Positions 1 through 13,916 of a stretch of DNA of 64,000 nt are shown here, piece after piece (within the stretch, counting starts at the first letter, position 1; every line of letters begins with the position of its first letter). This DNA comes from Botryllus schlosseri (Eukaryota), in contig CM119372.1 in NCBI GenBank assembly GCA_051294905.1, forward strand, positions 16,308,001-16,372,000. Direction: 5' to 3'. The position numbers and the translations under genes were made by a program. Below the pieces are notes generated by a model. It worked only from the letters and a program-made list of their open reading frames with translations. It did no database searches and had not been told where the DNA came from.

Positions 1-675
1 GCTAATAAGATATATGAAATTATGAAGATATGTATAAAAGACGTAGTGCATAGTTATATGAAATGAATGAACATCGAACAATGAACATTACTGCACGCAG
101 GTTCTGCGCTTCAAAACACCCAGTCAATCGGAAAACCCACGTAGTGACTGCACGAAGGGCTCTATGGAGCATAATCACTTTACCTTTTATGTTCAGAAAG
201 CAGAGTGAGTGTCGTCTGCTGATGGATAATTTCGTTACCACCGTAACCTGCGTTTGCACCTAACAATTTACATGTTAGTCGAAATCAATAATTACAGCGA
301 AACTTAAACCGTTGCGGTTCAACAGCATCCAATCAGAGTTGAGCACGAGTCAATGATTGTACCGTACGTGACTTTTTGGAAAAGACCGATGGAATCGCAA
401 GACAATACTACCTGTCATCGAAATTAATGCATTCTGTTGGAAATACGGTATTCGGATATATATTATCTGGAAACGTATGCTAAAAATGGTATTATAAAGA
501 TGAGGATTTAAGGACAATAATAACTTAATGCCTTTAAAATTAACGTGGGACCCCCTATTACATAAATGGCATTGAGTTACCTATATTATATTCTGCTCGA
601 TGGTAATTTCTGTGATATAGGATATATATCCTTAATTGTTTGCAAGATATAGGCTCGTTCGCAGGTACTTGAACG

Positions 676-1263
676 CATGACCGTAACTGTCGTACTCCGA
701 ACCTCCAAATTGGGGGTGGGCGAGCTCGAAGGGGGCCCGAATTTATTTCATGAACGAACATATAAATGTAGTATTTATTTGAAAATTTGTGCAACTTTAT
801 TCTTTTTTTACTCGCTATGCGCGATTTAGTGTCGATGATTTTGTAGAACCAAGCATTTCGGCGTCGACCATTACCGTGCCGTGCCGCACGAAGACATACG
901 CAGTTTAGTTTAATTATTATTACGGGCCTTAAGTTTTCCACAATAACACCTCACCAGCTCTGCCGGTAATCTGACTACGTGTACTGAGAAAGGTCAAAAG
1001 ATTTCTAGCAATCCATATGCGATTTCCAATATTATGGACCGATTCAATCATGAATTATAGAAAATTTTCGCGCTTGGCGCGATTAGTCCAGATAAAGTAG
1101 CTAATTACTGAATACAAGAAATATCGCTTACAAGTAAGGTCGCAAACGTATATCCCGAAGGGGTCTTGGGGCGAGGCCCCCATAAGTTTGGTTTATCGCC
1201 TCAAGGAAGACCCGAGACCAATGTTTTGGTGGGGGGCGCTGACGAAGTGCATTTTCGGCCTTG
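676..1263 (+). mobile_element. Non-autonomous hAT-type element (family A), internally deleted copy
   Basis: Degenerate ends CATGACCGTAACTG / GACGAAGTGCATTTTCGGCCTTG. TSD CTTGAACG/CTTGTACG (7/8). Internal sequence matches 10290-11921 and 43410-44808. Confidence 0.7.
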
Positions 1264-1293
1264 CTTGTACGTCACGTACCAGGTAGTCTACAC

Positions 1294-3720
1294 CATAGGC
1301 GCCGAGTTTCGGGGTGGCGGGGTGGCGCGGCCACCCCATTACACATTTATGGGGTGGCGGCCACCCCATACAATTAGATTAAACGCCCGCTGTCTGCGAT
1401 TTCTAATCATCAGCGCTGTCAATTAGCGAGTCCGTGATAGCGCGTAAATGCCAGCTATTTACCATTAACCGATACGCGCGCGAACTAGTGCTTAAAATAT
1501 CCCAATAAATTCTAATCCGTGATTAGTAATCGGACAGTCGAAGCAACCTCGTTTACGACGTCGATTTCGACACGCTGCGCTGAGAAACACCATCTTCTCT
1601 CTCGACCAGACGAGCGAATTCACGTTCTCCTTCTCTTATTTAAATTGTATTTGCGCCCATACTCGTTTACAAAATAATTCTTGGGGTAGTTCCGTGATAG
1701 TCTCTTTAATTGGAGGCTTGGAGCGCGAAATAGGACAGTGTGTTTGTGTTTGCCTGCGAATTGAAAGTCATTACTGCGCAAAGTGCGCATATTCATTACT
1801 CTTACAAGGCTTTGCCAAATTTTATCGGGAAATGCAACAATGCAGCTCAAACGTCGTTATAATGAGAAAACAATTGTCGCGATGTTAGACTCGGAACCCC
1901 ATTGTGCTGTGCGCAAGTTGAGGAATTACTGATTGGATGCGCGCTTTCTCGTATACTATCATCTGTAGGCTACTAATTCTTGTCTGCTTTATACACTCGT
2001 ATTCCCTTGATGTCCCTTGTCAGCGTTTGATTTTTTATTAATACTGCGCATTGTGCAGTGCACGGCGTTGAATTACGTTGTCAAATATTGATGCAACACG
2101 AGATTCTCGGTGGCGCAAATTCTGAATTTATTCGATTAGTTTGAACGGGAACATTTGATGTTTCGAAAAACTTCATTGCTGGACGGACTCTATCGAGCGC
2201 ATCCATATTGCGGATCGAATTTCAAACCTTTGGGATTTGTATTTCTATTGATAAGGTCGCGGCATGCGTCCATATTGCTCTTGTTGCAATAACACGTAGA
2301 TAATTAAAAGCGCACCATTTTACGATCAAATTCGACTGGCTGATCGGGGCCTACGTAGGCCGTAGGCCCCGGACTGATGTTAACCAGCGCGTTGTCGGTA
2401 TTAAAACCCTAGGTACGTATAGCCAGGGAGTTTCTCATAAATAACTAGAAATCCCGTCTCATTGAAATGCCAATTCAGTAATTCGTATTATCGATGCTGC
2501 GTACTGCAAATTATCGAGAATCATTTGTATGCGAAATGGGTCATCGATATCTCATGTGCACTATCGTTAGTGGTCTGATTAAGCGCGTCCGCATGCAGGC
2601 CTGCTACCGTCCGCAGTAGTATTTTCGCCAAACAGTAACAATCTCTGAGTGTAATATTGTTTGTGTTTATGTATCTTTTTGATTAAAACTTATGCCCGCT
2701 CCCAAACAAATTTTGCTCGTATGCCATTGCCGAATCTGGGTATTAAGGTATGAATAGCGCACCCTGTAATTGTAATTATTGCGGGTTTGCGGCATGCCTG
2801 CAATTTCGTTACCAGCGCAACCTTGCCGGCCGATTGTACAGTCCGATAAAATTGATCACTACTACGTATTTCGCACAGCGTGCTGATGCTGATTTCAGCA
2901 AACTAACGATCCTTATTAGATGTACAAATTCGACCTCATCGTTAGAAACGTAGATTTTATCGCGCGCTCTGAGAAACACCATCTCCTATAGCGATTTGAC
3001 GACCAAATATACGCGTACCTTCTACAAATTAACTCGCTGAGGGCCGCAAGCCGCGTTTAAAATATTTTGTGAACCATTTTTGTGATAGATATTCACAGAG
3101 CGCAAAGTTGAACAGTGTTTTATTGTGTGTGCCTGCTAGTTGCAATTTATGCCAGTGCCCATAATATTAATCCCATTATTCTTTGCGAACGTGATTCGCG
3201 AAATGCAGCAATGCACAGGGATATCCCTGAGAAATGCAGTCAAAATCGATATCAGCAACCAATTGTCGCGATGCGAGCTACTTAATACTCAGGGTCATGG
3301 ATATCTAAAGTTTTAGATATCCCTGCTCAATACTAAGTAAAACCCATTGTGTTGGCGGTGAAGGATAATTACTGAGTGGCCGCGCGCGTTTGCAATCATT
3401 ATCGTTGTCGCGCTGTTGGATTGCTCAGTCCGGCGACGAATGCCGAGCGCGCGGCAGTCAATGACCTAATTTCGCAATCATCTCAGCTGGAGATCGCGTC
3501 GCGTTACATCGTGCGATATGCGTGCACAAATGAATATCGATAATTGGTCGCGGCCCCGCGTAACACTGATAATACGACTTGTTGAATTGCAACTGAATAT
3601 TAGCGTCGGAAAGGTCATTTCAAAGGGACGGGGATTTGCGTTTCAAAAAGAGGGGGTTTCGACACCCCCTGGCTACGTGCCTGTCGCCACCCCATGCAAA
3701 AATAAAAGTCGTCGCCTATG
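1294..3720. mobile_element. 2.4-kb non-autonomous DNA transposon with CATAGGCG termini and 6-bp TSD
   Basis: Starts CATAGGCGCCGAGTTT and ends AAAGTCGTCGCCTATG (inverted). CTACAC lies at 1288-1293 and 3721-3726. Subterminal GGGGTGGCG/CGCCACCCC motifs. Internal degenerate direct repeat about 1573-1950 vs 2963-3390. Confidence 0.7.
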
Positions 3721-4479
3721 CTACACATAAGATAAATTTCGGAAATATTTCAATACATTATTTTCACGTTCAGTATGAGCTCTGCTTAGTCATCTTAGAC
3801 ATGTCGCGAAGGTATAACTAGGGTTGCATTTTAAACATAAATAAATATAAAACAAACATGTTAAAAACAAGGCCCTTGTTCAAAAGATGTTTTTTAATGT
3901 TTCGTTTTGTTTTTTAGCCAAGACGTCATGAATAGTGCCGTCACAGTGGATTCACATTGACAATTGAAAACATAGGGTAAATATGGCTCCTTTGACGAAA
4001 AAGGCTTCCGATCACTGTCATAAACAGACCAAAAATATCTTTAACCAGCATTTGTACGGTCGGCGGGCATCACCATCAAAACACCCATTCCGTACCAATG
4101 ATCTATATCTTCGTGCAAAAACTGTTGAACCGACAACGATTTCGTGGGTTCCAGCCACCCCACATCTTATACGTCGAATATTTTAGATGCAAATCGTCCG
4201 TAGGCTCAATGGTTTACATGGTTTTAGGACGTATTTACACAATTATGGCATAATTGGACGTTTGAAAAAAAAATTCAAGAAGGCATATGTTTAAAACTTG
4301 TTTTAAACTCCTCCCCCCCCCCTTTATCGTCATATCACAAAATGCAACCAGAATGCTAGTTATCCCAACGAATAGTTTGATGGCGTGGAAGGTTATGACT
4401 GTTCATGAGAGAATTCTCAAGTATGAAATTCGGACTCGACACAGAGCAAAAACCAGGCCATGTTATGCCACGATGCTGA

Positions 4480-5219
4480 AGTACATGCTGACTTTCTAAA
4501 CGTCACGTAATGATATCAACAGGAACAATCAAAAGCTACAACAATTCCACAAAATCGCTTTTCCAACAATTTCGTCGAGGATTCGGCTACACCAGACAGA
4601 TGTGTTCTTTATGGTAAAACACCGGTTCCTTATGCTTACACCGAATATCATCTTAAGAACAAGGTATACAGTAGGCAACACCCTAATCGGACGGTTTTTT
4701 ATTTATGATCCAATAAGGACATCAAAAATCGATGTAGATCCTGTACACCTGATATATTTTTTACATTAGACATCGATGCATTCTTTATATTAATTTAGTT
4801 GATGTAATAACTGGTTCGTTGTCTAAGCACAATTCACCAACTTCCTACCTATAGTGTGTTTGTTCTTACGATTGTGTGATTGCGGGCAAAACTCACAGCA
4901 AAGAATCACTAAAGATTCACAGACGAAGAGCTGAATATTCCGAGCAAACTTTCGAGCAAATATTTTTTGAAATGGGCAAGGCACATGCTCGTTTAGTGCT
5001 GAATTGTTTTTCAAGCTGCAAGCGCCGTGCAGAGAGTGGTCCTAAGTTGAAATGCGAAGAATTCCTACCAAAGACGTTAAAATGACGTGAAAAATTGTAT
5101 TGCAAGAAAAAGTTTCACAGTGCAGGACCTACCAAGGTTCGCTTGCGAACGCGATCCTCCAAATTCCAGAGGTTCACACACAGAACGCGAAAGTGAACCT
5201 CACGTTCACAACATCCCTA
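4480..5219 (-). mobile_element. Partial reverse copy of the TAGGGATGGTGTGAAC MITE (family B)
   Basis: Ends in GTTCACAACATCCCTA (5219). The reverse complement aligns to 57638-58655. Left boundary approximate. Confidence 0.75.
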
Positions 5220-6864
5220 GTTGCGGTTTGCACGTGAAACGTCGTAATCCGACAATCCGACGACCAGGCCGTTACAATACTTCTACATTTTTGAGAGGGA
5301 ATGAATAATCCTGTTGAAATCAATAAATCTAATGACACCACATCGCGTGAATATCGAAGAAAAATTTTCAGGTCAATAAATCTGCCTGATGGAATATCTT
5401 GGTTCCTAAGACACATAGTACCTTCAAAATATTGGCTGACAACTATATAAAATTCTTTCTCTGCCGTGACCGATTGAGAAAAAGCATTTGAGGGAATGCG
5501 TGACAGAAATCTTGCACAAGTTTAATAAACAATGACGCGCCACTTAAATAAATATCACAACGATTGATGGCTTGGAATGGTACTTTTCCTGTAAATATTT
5601 TAGCAGCAGCTCAAAAACCCCAGATTTCCGGAGTGAAATGGCTGCTCCCACTCCCAACAATAATTTGAGAAAACATTATATTTGATTCTCAATACTCCAC
5701 TTAATAGTTAGGGGATCAGGGTTAAGGGGCTATAGTTATATGGTCCTGCTTAAGCAACAGGAAGCAATCTGTCGGTCGGTTTGGAGTTTTCTGGGGGGTT
5801 TCGTTTATGTTATGATTAGACGATGATCTCAGACGAACAATGAGTGATCTTACAAATGGCATGAATGGTCTCCAATCAAGGACTGCTATCCCGGCAATGA
5901 ATAATTTAGCACGTAGAGGTAACGAAGCTCTATATTGTTAGCCTGAAGTGATTGCGTGTCGCAACGACAGTGGGATGTCATTGAGTTTCAGAAAACTACT
6001 TCGTCTCTAAAGTATTATATGCATGTATAAGGCTTGTGAAAATGTTATTTTGTATCAGTGTTACGACGTCACAGATTCGTGTTCACGTTCCTTTCAGCAA
6101 AACTTAAATGAAAGTTGGTGTTCATACAATGCCGAACCTTCCATGGGCTTCCATCTTTGCATTTCAATAATTCGAATTGCTTAGTATGATACAAAATAGA
6201 ACATATATGGAAGAAAATATGAACATATTTAGCAATTCGCTGGTTTCAGTAAAATGGCGCGATGTTCTGTACATGATGCCTAAGTAAGCGAAATTAATCG
6301 GACAAAAATATGCTGACATTGATCTAATACCTACGCTCGTCTATCCGATTTCAACAACCGCATGTCATCATTTTCCTATTTGCGACTTTGACTCCGACTC
6401 ACGGTTCGATCAAACTTCACAGTGCGACTGCAACTCATAACCCATAATGCTTCCTGACTATCATCGGTTTGTAAACAAACTCAGGTTGTGTTTACGTTTA
6501 TTCACGCAGCTCTGTTTGCACCAATCGAAACAAATCGGCCCTATTAGAAGTTGTCCCGCTGTTGAGTCGGATATCATTCTGCACTGCAGTCGTCATCACC
6601 ATAAACCAGCCATTGGAATTCCTGAGGTGATAACGTACGCCATTATGGCCCTCTACACTGACACACGAGCGCGAGTCCGAACAGATGACGGCCCAAGCGG
6701 AGATTTCAACACTTCGGCTGGTGTGCTTCAAGGTGACACCCTGGCACCATTCTTGTTCCTGGTCATCCTTGACTTCGTGCTACGAACGGCCTTCCCGGAT
6801 AATACGAACTTCTTTGAATGGCGGCCACGGAAAGGAACGCGCACGCGTACGACTCGCGAGGGAT

Positions 6865-8185
6865 AGCTGGGGATAGAACTAATGTCACCAACTACCGTCC
6901 GATATCCGTTCTCCCATGCATCGGGATTGTATTCGAAAAGTTGCTCCTCTCCCGCCTGTCCTCATTCCTCGCCAAAATGTCTGTCATTTCCCCTCAACAA
7001 TTTGGCTTCCGAAACAAACACCAAACCGCTCATGCCCTCCTAACAGTGGCCGAACAGTACTATGATATCTCAGAGAAGCGAAATGTGGGATGTAGCATTT
7101 TTCTCGACCTAAAAAAAGCGTTTGACTGCGTAGATCATAAAATTCTCATCTCGAAATTGGCGCGTTACAGACTTCGGGGCCCACAACTTGAGCTCATGAA
7201 AAGTTACCTCACTGGACGCCAACAAATGGTTGCGATCTCAGACACCTTGTCCTCTCCTCACCCGGTGACCTGTGGTGTCCTTTTCACCTTATATGTCAAC
7301 GACATTTTTGAAACCTCCTCATTGAACACCACACTGTTCGCTGATGATACTCACCTCCTCTCTTCCGCAACTTCGACGGCAGAGCTGGATGCCCTGACTG
7401 GTGACCAAATGCCCAAAGTCCATGAGTGGACGGCCCAGAACAACCTTTGCATAAACGCCTCGAAATCGCAATTGCTGACAGTTAATTCAAAAAATAACCT
7501 AACCGTTAATATCGCTGGTCAGCCCGTTTCCAACACAGATAATGCCAAATATCTCGGAGTTTTACTGGACTCGAACATGTCCTGGAAGAGTCATATTCAG
7601 TCCCTAGAAACTAAATTATCACCGAAGTGCGGCCTGTTCTACAGCCTTGGGCGCTTCATGCCAGCATGGGTTCTTCTGGTACTCTTTAAATCCTTAATCC
7701 AATCGAAGTTACATTATGGCATCCTCTGTTGGGGGGCTGCCAGTAAAACTGCACTCAAGCCACTGCAGAAACTACAGCATAAAGTGCTCCGAATCATAGC
7801 TAGGGCCCCAAAGGGGCCTGGCTGCCCATCCAATAAGTTGCTGCTGAAGAGATTCGGCGTCCTAAACATAGAAGATATGCGGAAACTAGAAATCGCCAAG
7901 TTTATGTATCAGTTTCACTGCGGTCGTTGCCCCGAATATTTCAATGACTTCTTTACCTCTGAATCAAAAACGCACAAGTACAACACACGCGCGTCCACGT
8001 CGTCCAAATATCATATGATCGACCGAAAAGATCATCGCTCCATCAAATATGCCGGACCTGATGTGTGGAACAGTATCCCGCCGGCCATCCGACAGTCGAC
8101 GAGCATGTCCACATTCAAGTCGAAATACAAGGAATTACTACTAAATAAATACAGTCCATCCTCAAGATTACCGGACCACGACTGA
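6865..8185 (+). pseudogene. Non-LTR reverse transcriptase (CR1/L2 group), truncated, with the PQGS motif deleted
   Basis: ORF track 6818..8185. It reads VTCGV|LFTLYVND where CR1/L2 RTs have GVPQGSxLGPxLF, i.e. an in-frame deletion of about 9 codons. Confidence 0.85.
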
Positions 8186-8433
8186 CCTATCGATCTCGCT
8201 TCCCATGACATGCCGCCCTATTTCTTGTCGCATTCTTCTTCTATACTATCTTCTTTACTTTCATTCAGTGTGCATGCCTCCTCTTTACATCGCCTAGGCC
8301 AAGGTGGGTGTCAGATTCCATAGACTACTCCTTGTCGCTTCGACATCTTCCTGTCTTTTCATTGTATCGCATTTTTGTGGTGTATTGAACTGATAAAATT
8401 GCTAATAAACCAATGATGATGATGATGATGATG
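6865..8433 (+). mobile_element. 5'-truncated CR1/L2-group LINE (RT C-terminal half, 3' UTR, (ATG)n tail)
   Basis: ORF to 8185 with NYRPIS, QQFGFR, FLDLKKAFD, FADDT and KYLGV motifs. AATAAA at 8404-8409, (ATG)7 at 8413-8433. Confidence 0.9.
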
Positions 8434-10289
8434 CAATCCACGTAGGTATTCTTGCCTACGCAGACGACCTAGCCTTGCTTGCCCCGAACACCGCATCGGC
8501 ACAGCGTCTCATTAACCAGCTAGAAGCCGCCGCCGCTCTTGTTGACCTCCAGATCAACGCCAAGAAGACAGGTTTTGGCCATACCAGCTCTACCGGAGAA
8601 CGCGACACCAATTCAACTGGGAGAAATCGATCTAAAGTATGTAACGAGTTTTGTATACCTCGGTATTGACGTCGCTGACTCTGGAAAAGCGCTCAAGGCG
8701 AGGCGAGCAAAGGCCTGGGGCGCGGCAAGACGGCTACATAGCCTCTTCCATTCAAGTGCCTCAACCCAGCTCAAGACCCGTATCTTCCGTGCCACTGTCG
8801 AGCAGGTTCTTCTCTACAGAATAGAGGCACTCACGCTGACAGAGAAGCTGGCTAAGACGCTCAACGCTAACTACGACGCACTCCTTCGCTATGCACTCGG
8901 CATTCACCATCCGGAGCATATAATATCCGCGAATGCATTGCGAGAACTCACAGGAACGATCCCGTGCCGTCTACTGGCAGCTGAACGACGCTTCCGCCTA
9001 ATCGGCCATCTAGTGCGGCATCAAGACGAGCAACCAGCCGCCGCCATCATCAATCACATTCCCACGGAGCCATGGCGCAGAGGTGGCTGGAATCGGAAAC
9101 ATGGCGCTCGACAATGGAGACTGATCTAGCGCAACGCGGGCGGTCGCTTGAAGACGCCCACGACCGCCTACGTTGGAGTCGCTTAACACGAGCCCAAAAC
9201 TGATGTTCTTTTGTATCCTGTTTTCTTTTGCCCTTTTTAGTTTATCTAATTGAAAAGTCGATATATATATAAACCAGCCAATGCTAGCTTCGGACGTTTC
9301 ATTCCACAGAAGACAGAGCAGCAAACCCTGCAAACTGTTAATATTCAGCAATGATTACCATTGATACGAAAATACGTGGCTGCTGAAGTAATATTTAGTA
9401 TACTGTCCATGCATTACTTCTGAAATTTTTCACATAGATAAACACATGACCATATCGTCAGTAATTGTAAATGGTGTAGTGGCTCGAGACCAGTTATAAT
9501 GGCATACTTCAATCTTTGCGGTAGCAAATATGTTGTGCTTGTTGAGTATCACAAAATATCAATTGTTTTGTTTCGGAAGTGCATATCAAGCATTTCACCT
9601 TGTATACGTGATGATACGCCCCTTCAAGCTTAACATAAGTTTATACCGTAGCTCAGTCACAGTCACAACGCGTAATCTATGGAGACAGTTCAGATATCAT
9701 AACGTTCACAGCCTACATCTTCGTGGAGTGCAGGGGTGGCCAACCGATGACCCGCGGGCCACATATTCCTCGCGAAAAGGTTTCGAGTGACCGGCGAGGT
9801 AACTTTCGAAATTATCAAAAATTATCAAAAAATAAATAGCCCAGGTTATGAACTATTATGCGTAATAGGATAAGCCTCGTTTTCACTGTTACCCAATACG
9901 GCTCGCTCGTATCGGACGACTACAAATGGTCATAAATACTCAAGTGGTCCGAGGCCCATCGCAAAGGCTCGTACATTGCATGCGGCCCTTTGGTCGACAA
10001 GGTAGGCCTCCCCGCGTAGTGGAATGCATAAATGTGGTGAAAAGCGGTAAGCATCATGTTTTTATAGACGATCATGCTGCTGGTGTGATGCAATAGGTGT
10101 AAACGATTTAGTTATTGGCGCAATGGTGGCAACATTTCTGTGTTTTTTTAATATACGTACATGCGTTTGATCGACGTGGAACCGCCGAAATATTGCAATG
10201 TATACTCGACAATGCAGCATCAAAGAGGTTGATATTAGTTGATAACATGTAGGCCTACCTGCACTTTCGCAACGGGGGTTAATTTTATC

Positions 10290-11921
10290 CTGGACCGTAA
10301 CTGCCGCACTCCAAACCCCTTAATTGGGGGGTGAGCTCAAAGGGGTCCAAAAATTATTTTGTGAATTGACATAAAATATAATTATTTTTTTTACTTTATG
10401 CATCTTTTTCTAAATTTTTTCGTGCTGGGCGCGATTTAATGCTGCCCAAAGTCTTGATTATTGGGTACCCTTCCCCAAAGACAAATACGCATGATTTATA
10501 AAAATGTAACGTGCGACTCCGAGATATGTGCCAGAACGATTGGCAGTGAGAAAACCTTGGCCGAAATGGACTGCCCTTATGCTGACCGAAAACTTCGATA
10601 TATAGATATGTATGTTTGATTGTCCATAGGCGCTAAATGGCTGGCGCCGAATGTTCCTGTCCAAGCATTCTGAATCCCACAAGACAAATGCCATCCCGCA
10701 GGGAACAATTATTTGCCAGTGAAGAAATACCAATTTGAAAGCGTGTGCGTCTTTTAGTTTGGTACGTTTCGGCGATTTCAATATGTTTTGATTTAGCAGA
10801 CAGGAGATCACGAAACAACATCATACGAAGTCATCATTATACCAACGGGTCCGCCCGAAGCTGTTTCATTATTATTTACGGCCATTACATTTTCCAAGAC
10901 ACCTCACTCAGCTCTACCGGTAAATCGAATTACGTGAGCGGAGAGAAAATAAAAATTGATAGCAATATATTGGCAATTCCCGATCATATTGACCGATTCA
11001 ATCATGAATTATAAAATTTTTTGCGCTTCGATGTAACTGACTCACTAAACCAGGGCCGGCCAACCCGTGGCCCGCGGGCCACATGTGGCCCGCGAGAAGG
11101 TTTTGAGTGGACCGCGACGTAATTTCGGAAATTAGTATTAATATCAAAAATGGATTGCACATATTGTGAACTTGCAAGGCCAACCAAAAAGTTGATTAGT
11201 CTGTCCGCAACACTTGAGATGTGATGACTAAAATATCAGTTCCGACGCATTGGCAGATCCATGAGTCTGTCACGTACACTACAGTAAAGCAGAATAATTT
11301 GCGATAGATTTATCAAATGTAAAAATTTTCTACACGCTTCGGGCAACATGTTGTCACTCGATTTCTTGCTTTTAATATTGTTACCCCTTTGTGAAAATGA
11401 AAGAACGCCTAATGCATCAGATTGAGTCCATCAATATTCGCGATTACGAGACAAAGTGTCGTTCAACATATGCGACCTTGCGTTTGCGCTCGCAGAAAGG
11501 CCGTCGACAATGAAACATAGGCACAAAATGATTGACGCATGTTGGTCGAAGCTTTCGATATCGATATGTCCAGGCGCCGAATAGTCCATTCCTTGCAAAC
11601 TGAGCCCTGCGATATACAGCAGGCTTGTAATATAGTCAAGTGACAATATTATTGACCTATGAACTTCGAAAAATTTTCGCGCTTCGCGCGGCTAGTGGCC
11701 CGCGCAATAGTTCGTCAATCAAATGTGGCCCTTTGGCTAAAAAGGTTGGCCACCCCTGCACTAAACAATACAACAGATCTCGCTGATAAGTAGCGACAAA
11801 AAGCGCAGCCTGATGGGGGTTGTATTACGTGAAGCCCCAAGAAGTTGGGTTTATCACCCATTGGGGGGTGGCCAAGACCAACGCCTTTTGGGGAGGCTGA
11901 CGAAGTGCTGTTTCGGTCCTG
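10290..11921 (+). mobile_element. Non-autonomous hAT element (family A) with a nested insertion
   Basis: Ends CTGGACCGTAAC / GTTTCGGTCCTG. Perfect TSD ATTTTATC at 10282-10289 and 11922-11929. Confidence 0.85.
11051..11758 (+). mobile_element. hAT (Charlie/Buster-like) MITE, family C, nested in family A
   Basis: Ends CAGGGCCGGCCAACC / GGTTGGCCACCCCTG. Perfect TSD CACTAAAC. Homologous in reverse to 56150-56844. Confidence 0.9.
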
Positions 11922-12884
11922 ATTTTATCAGATTAGCATAGCGCGCGTAGACTTGAAATATTCACGACTACTCGCCGTTTATTTCGTCACGGATTAGTTT
12001 TATAGGAAACGATAAGAGTACCGGCTCATATATATTCGGTACGGGATAGGAATGGATGAATCTTGGGAATGATCGAATATTTGTTTAATTACCAACCGCA
12101 TGTATTCCGAAGAAGTCTGACCAAAAATATCACTGCCACTTTTTCGGTCATTAATCATAATATTCAAGATGCTGGAATGTCGCCCAGGTGTGATTTGGTA
12201 GACAGGATTAAGTCAATCAACGCTTCGCAATCGAAACGGGAGTATTAAAATTCGGACAATATGCCTAATGTACATGATCTGGACGGTATTTGATGTTCTG
12301 AATAGAGCAGAATTGTCACGAACGCATTTTATATCAATGATAAAATATTGTCAGCAACGGCAATCGCTCATTCATCCATCCATCCATTCATACATTCACC
12401 TATTCACCACATACAGAAGCAGCCATGCAGACTTTGACCAACAATATCTCACATTAAGTTTGTTTCAATCAAAATTTCCACCTGCACTCAAGGCTCTCAG
12501 TCATGCTCTGAAGTCTTTATGACAGGTTTCAGTCAATAGCACTTTTTTGAACTTAATATCGACGCAGTGACTGTAGCGAGTGAGGCATCACACATTCCTA
12601 ATGGACATCGTCAAGGAGTCTTGCCGATCACGAATTGTATAAACGTAGCTTTTATCATAGCATCATGATATTAAATATTGTGTACCTATTTACGCCGGCA
12701 GCATACACCATCAATCTACTTCTACACGCTATCCTATGACATCAAGTAATGAGGCTCAATCAACATCGATGTCGCTACATCATTCTTGCGTGTTGAGCAT
12801 TCGTGATTGCATCTACAATCTACATAAATGTCCCATAAGATCAGTATGCATTTGTAGGCTACAAAGCACCGGTAGCATATACAA

Positions 12885-13441
12885 TAGGGGTGTTCAAAAA
12901 TGACTTTTTTTCTCAAGTTGTACTGGCTACTTGATAGAATTGTTTTGATGGAAAGTTTTTTATTTATTATAAAAAATAAATAAAAAAAAATTCAAAATTT
13001 CCTGTTCGCCCCATGAGACTGTTAGGTTGACTATGAAAGCGATGCTCACGAACTTTGGCTCAATTCCAATCTGTGGAAGCGGAGTTATCGCCTTTGAAAA
13101 TTTGGATTTGAATAAAATAGTATATACGGTGAGCACATTTATAATAAATATTCAAAGAATTCGCCACCGTAAATGTTATTTTATTCAAATCCAAAATTCT
13201 TCGACGGCAATAACTTCACTTCCTCTGATTGGAATTGAGCAGAATTTGGTGAGCATCGTTTCTATAGACAACCTAACAATTTCATGGGGTGAACAGAAAA
13301 TTTTTCTTTCTTCTCCTGTAGCAATGCGGTTACTGGTTGGAATTGAACCAAATTTGGTGCGTAGGCCTAAATTAGGTTACCTAACGATTTTATCAAGTAG
13401 CCAGTACAATTTGATAAAAAAAGTCATTTTGAACACCCCTA
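12885..13441. mobile_element. Palindromic (foldback) MITE, family D
   Basis: Ends TAGGGGTGTTCAAAA / TTTTGAACACCCCTA. TSD ATATACAA/ATATACAG. Almost wholly self-complementary. Second copy at 33191-33851. Confidence 0.85.
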
Positions 13442-13916
13442 ATATACAGCCTGACCACGGTAGGTGAGACTGTGTGGTGAGTATACAATCTACATTGAAC
13501 AGTGGTTCTCAACCTTTTCGCCTTCGCGGACCTCTTTTAGACCATCACGGACCCCGCGGGCCCCTTAAGTTTCTGTTGAAATTTAGATCGATTATCATGT
13601 AACCGTCATCTGTGTTGTGGAAATATTATCCATAGACGAGTGATAAACAGCAAAAAGATTACTTTTTCGTATAAATAACATCATAATATGTGTTAGAAAT
13701 CGGTATCAGTAGGCAGTAGTGTCTTGGAATTCCACGCCTTCAATTTGATACAAACGATTGCCGGAATCTATTTCCATAAAGATTGGTGGTGGGCTGATGG
13801 CGAATGTAATATTAACGCGTAATGCTTCCGACGACACCTTTGGGTATGATAGCAACATATATAGCACCAAAATTGAGAATCAGATTTTGAATGAACGTTA
13901 AGCCAAGCCATTTCAA

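Larger units (their letters stand above)
6605..9205 (+). mobile_element. 5'-truncated RTE-type LINE (RT pseudogene), split by a nested CR1/L2 insertion
   Basis: The 5' part encodes GIPEVITYAIMALY...GVLQGDTLAPFLF (to 6860). The 3' part resumes at about 8430 with DAIHVGILAYADDLALL...LQINAKKT, FVYLG and a C-terminal DAHDRLRW, stop at 9201-9203. Frameshifts near 8570 and 9100. Confidence 0.85.

Noticed and set aside
1238..1260. CTGACGA motifs in family A ends as hammerhead cores
   Set aside because: No downstream GAAA/UH and no stems. They are subterminal transposon sequence.
6447..6866. Independent 139-aa ORF
   Set aside because: It is the RTE RT fragment plus upstream chance sequence, and the stop is created by the nested insertion.
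13027..13467. 146-aa ORF
   Set aside because: Lies almost entirely within the palindromic MITE and is not preserved in the second copy.
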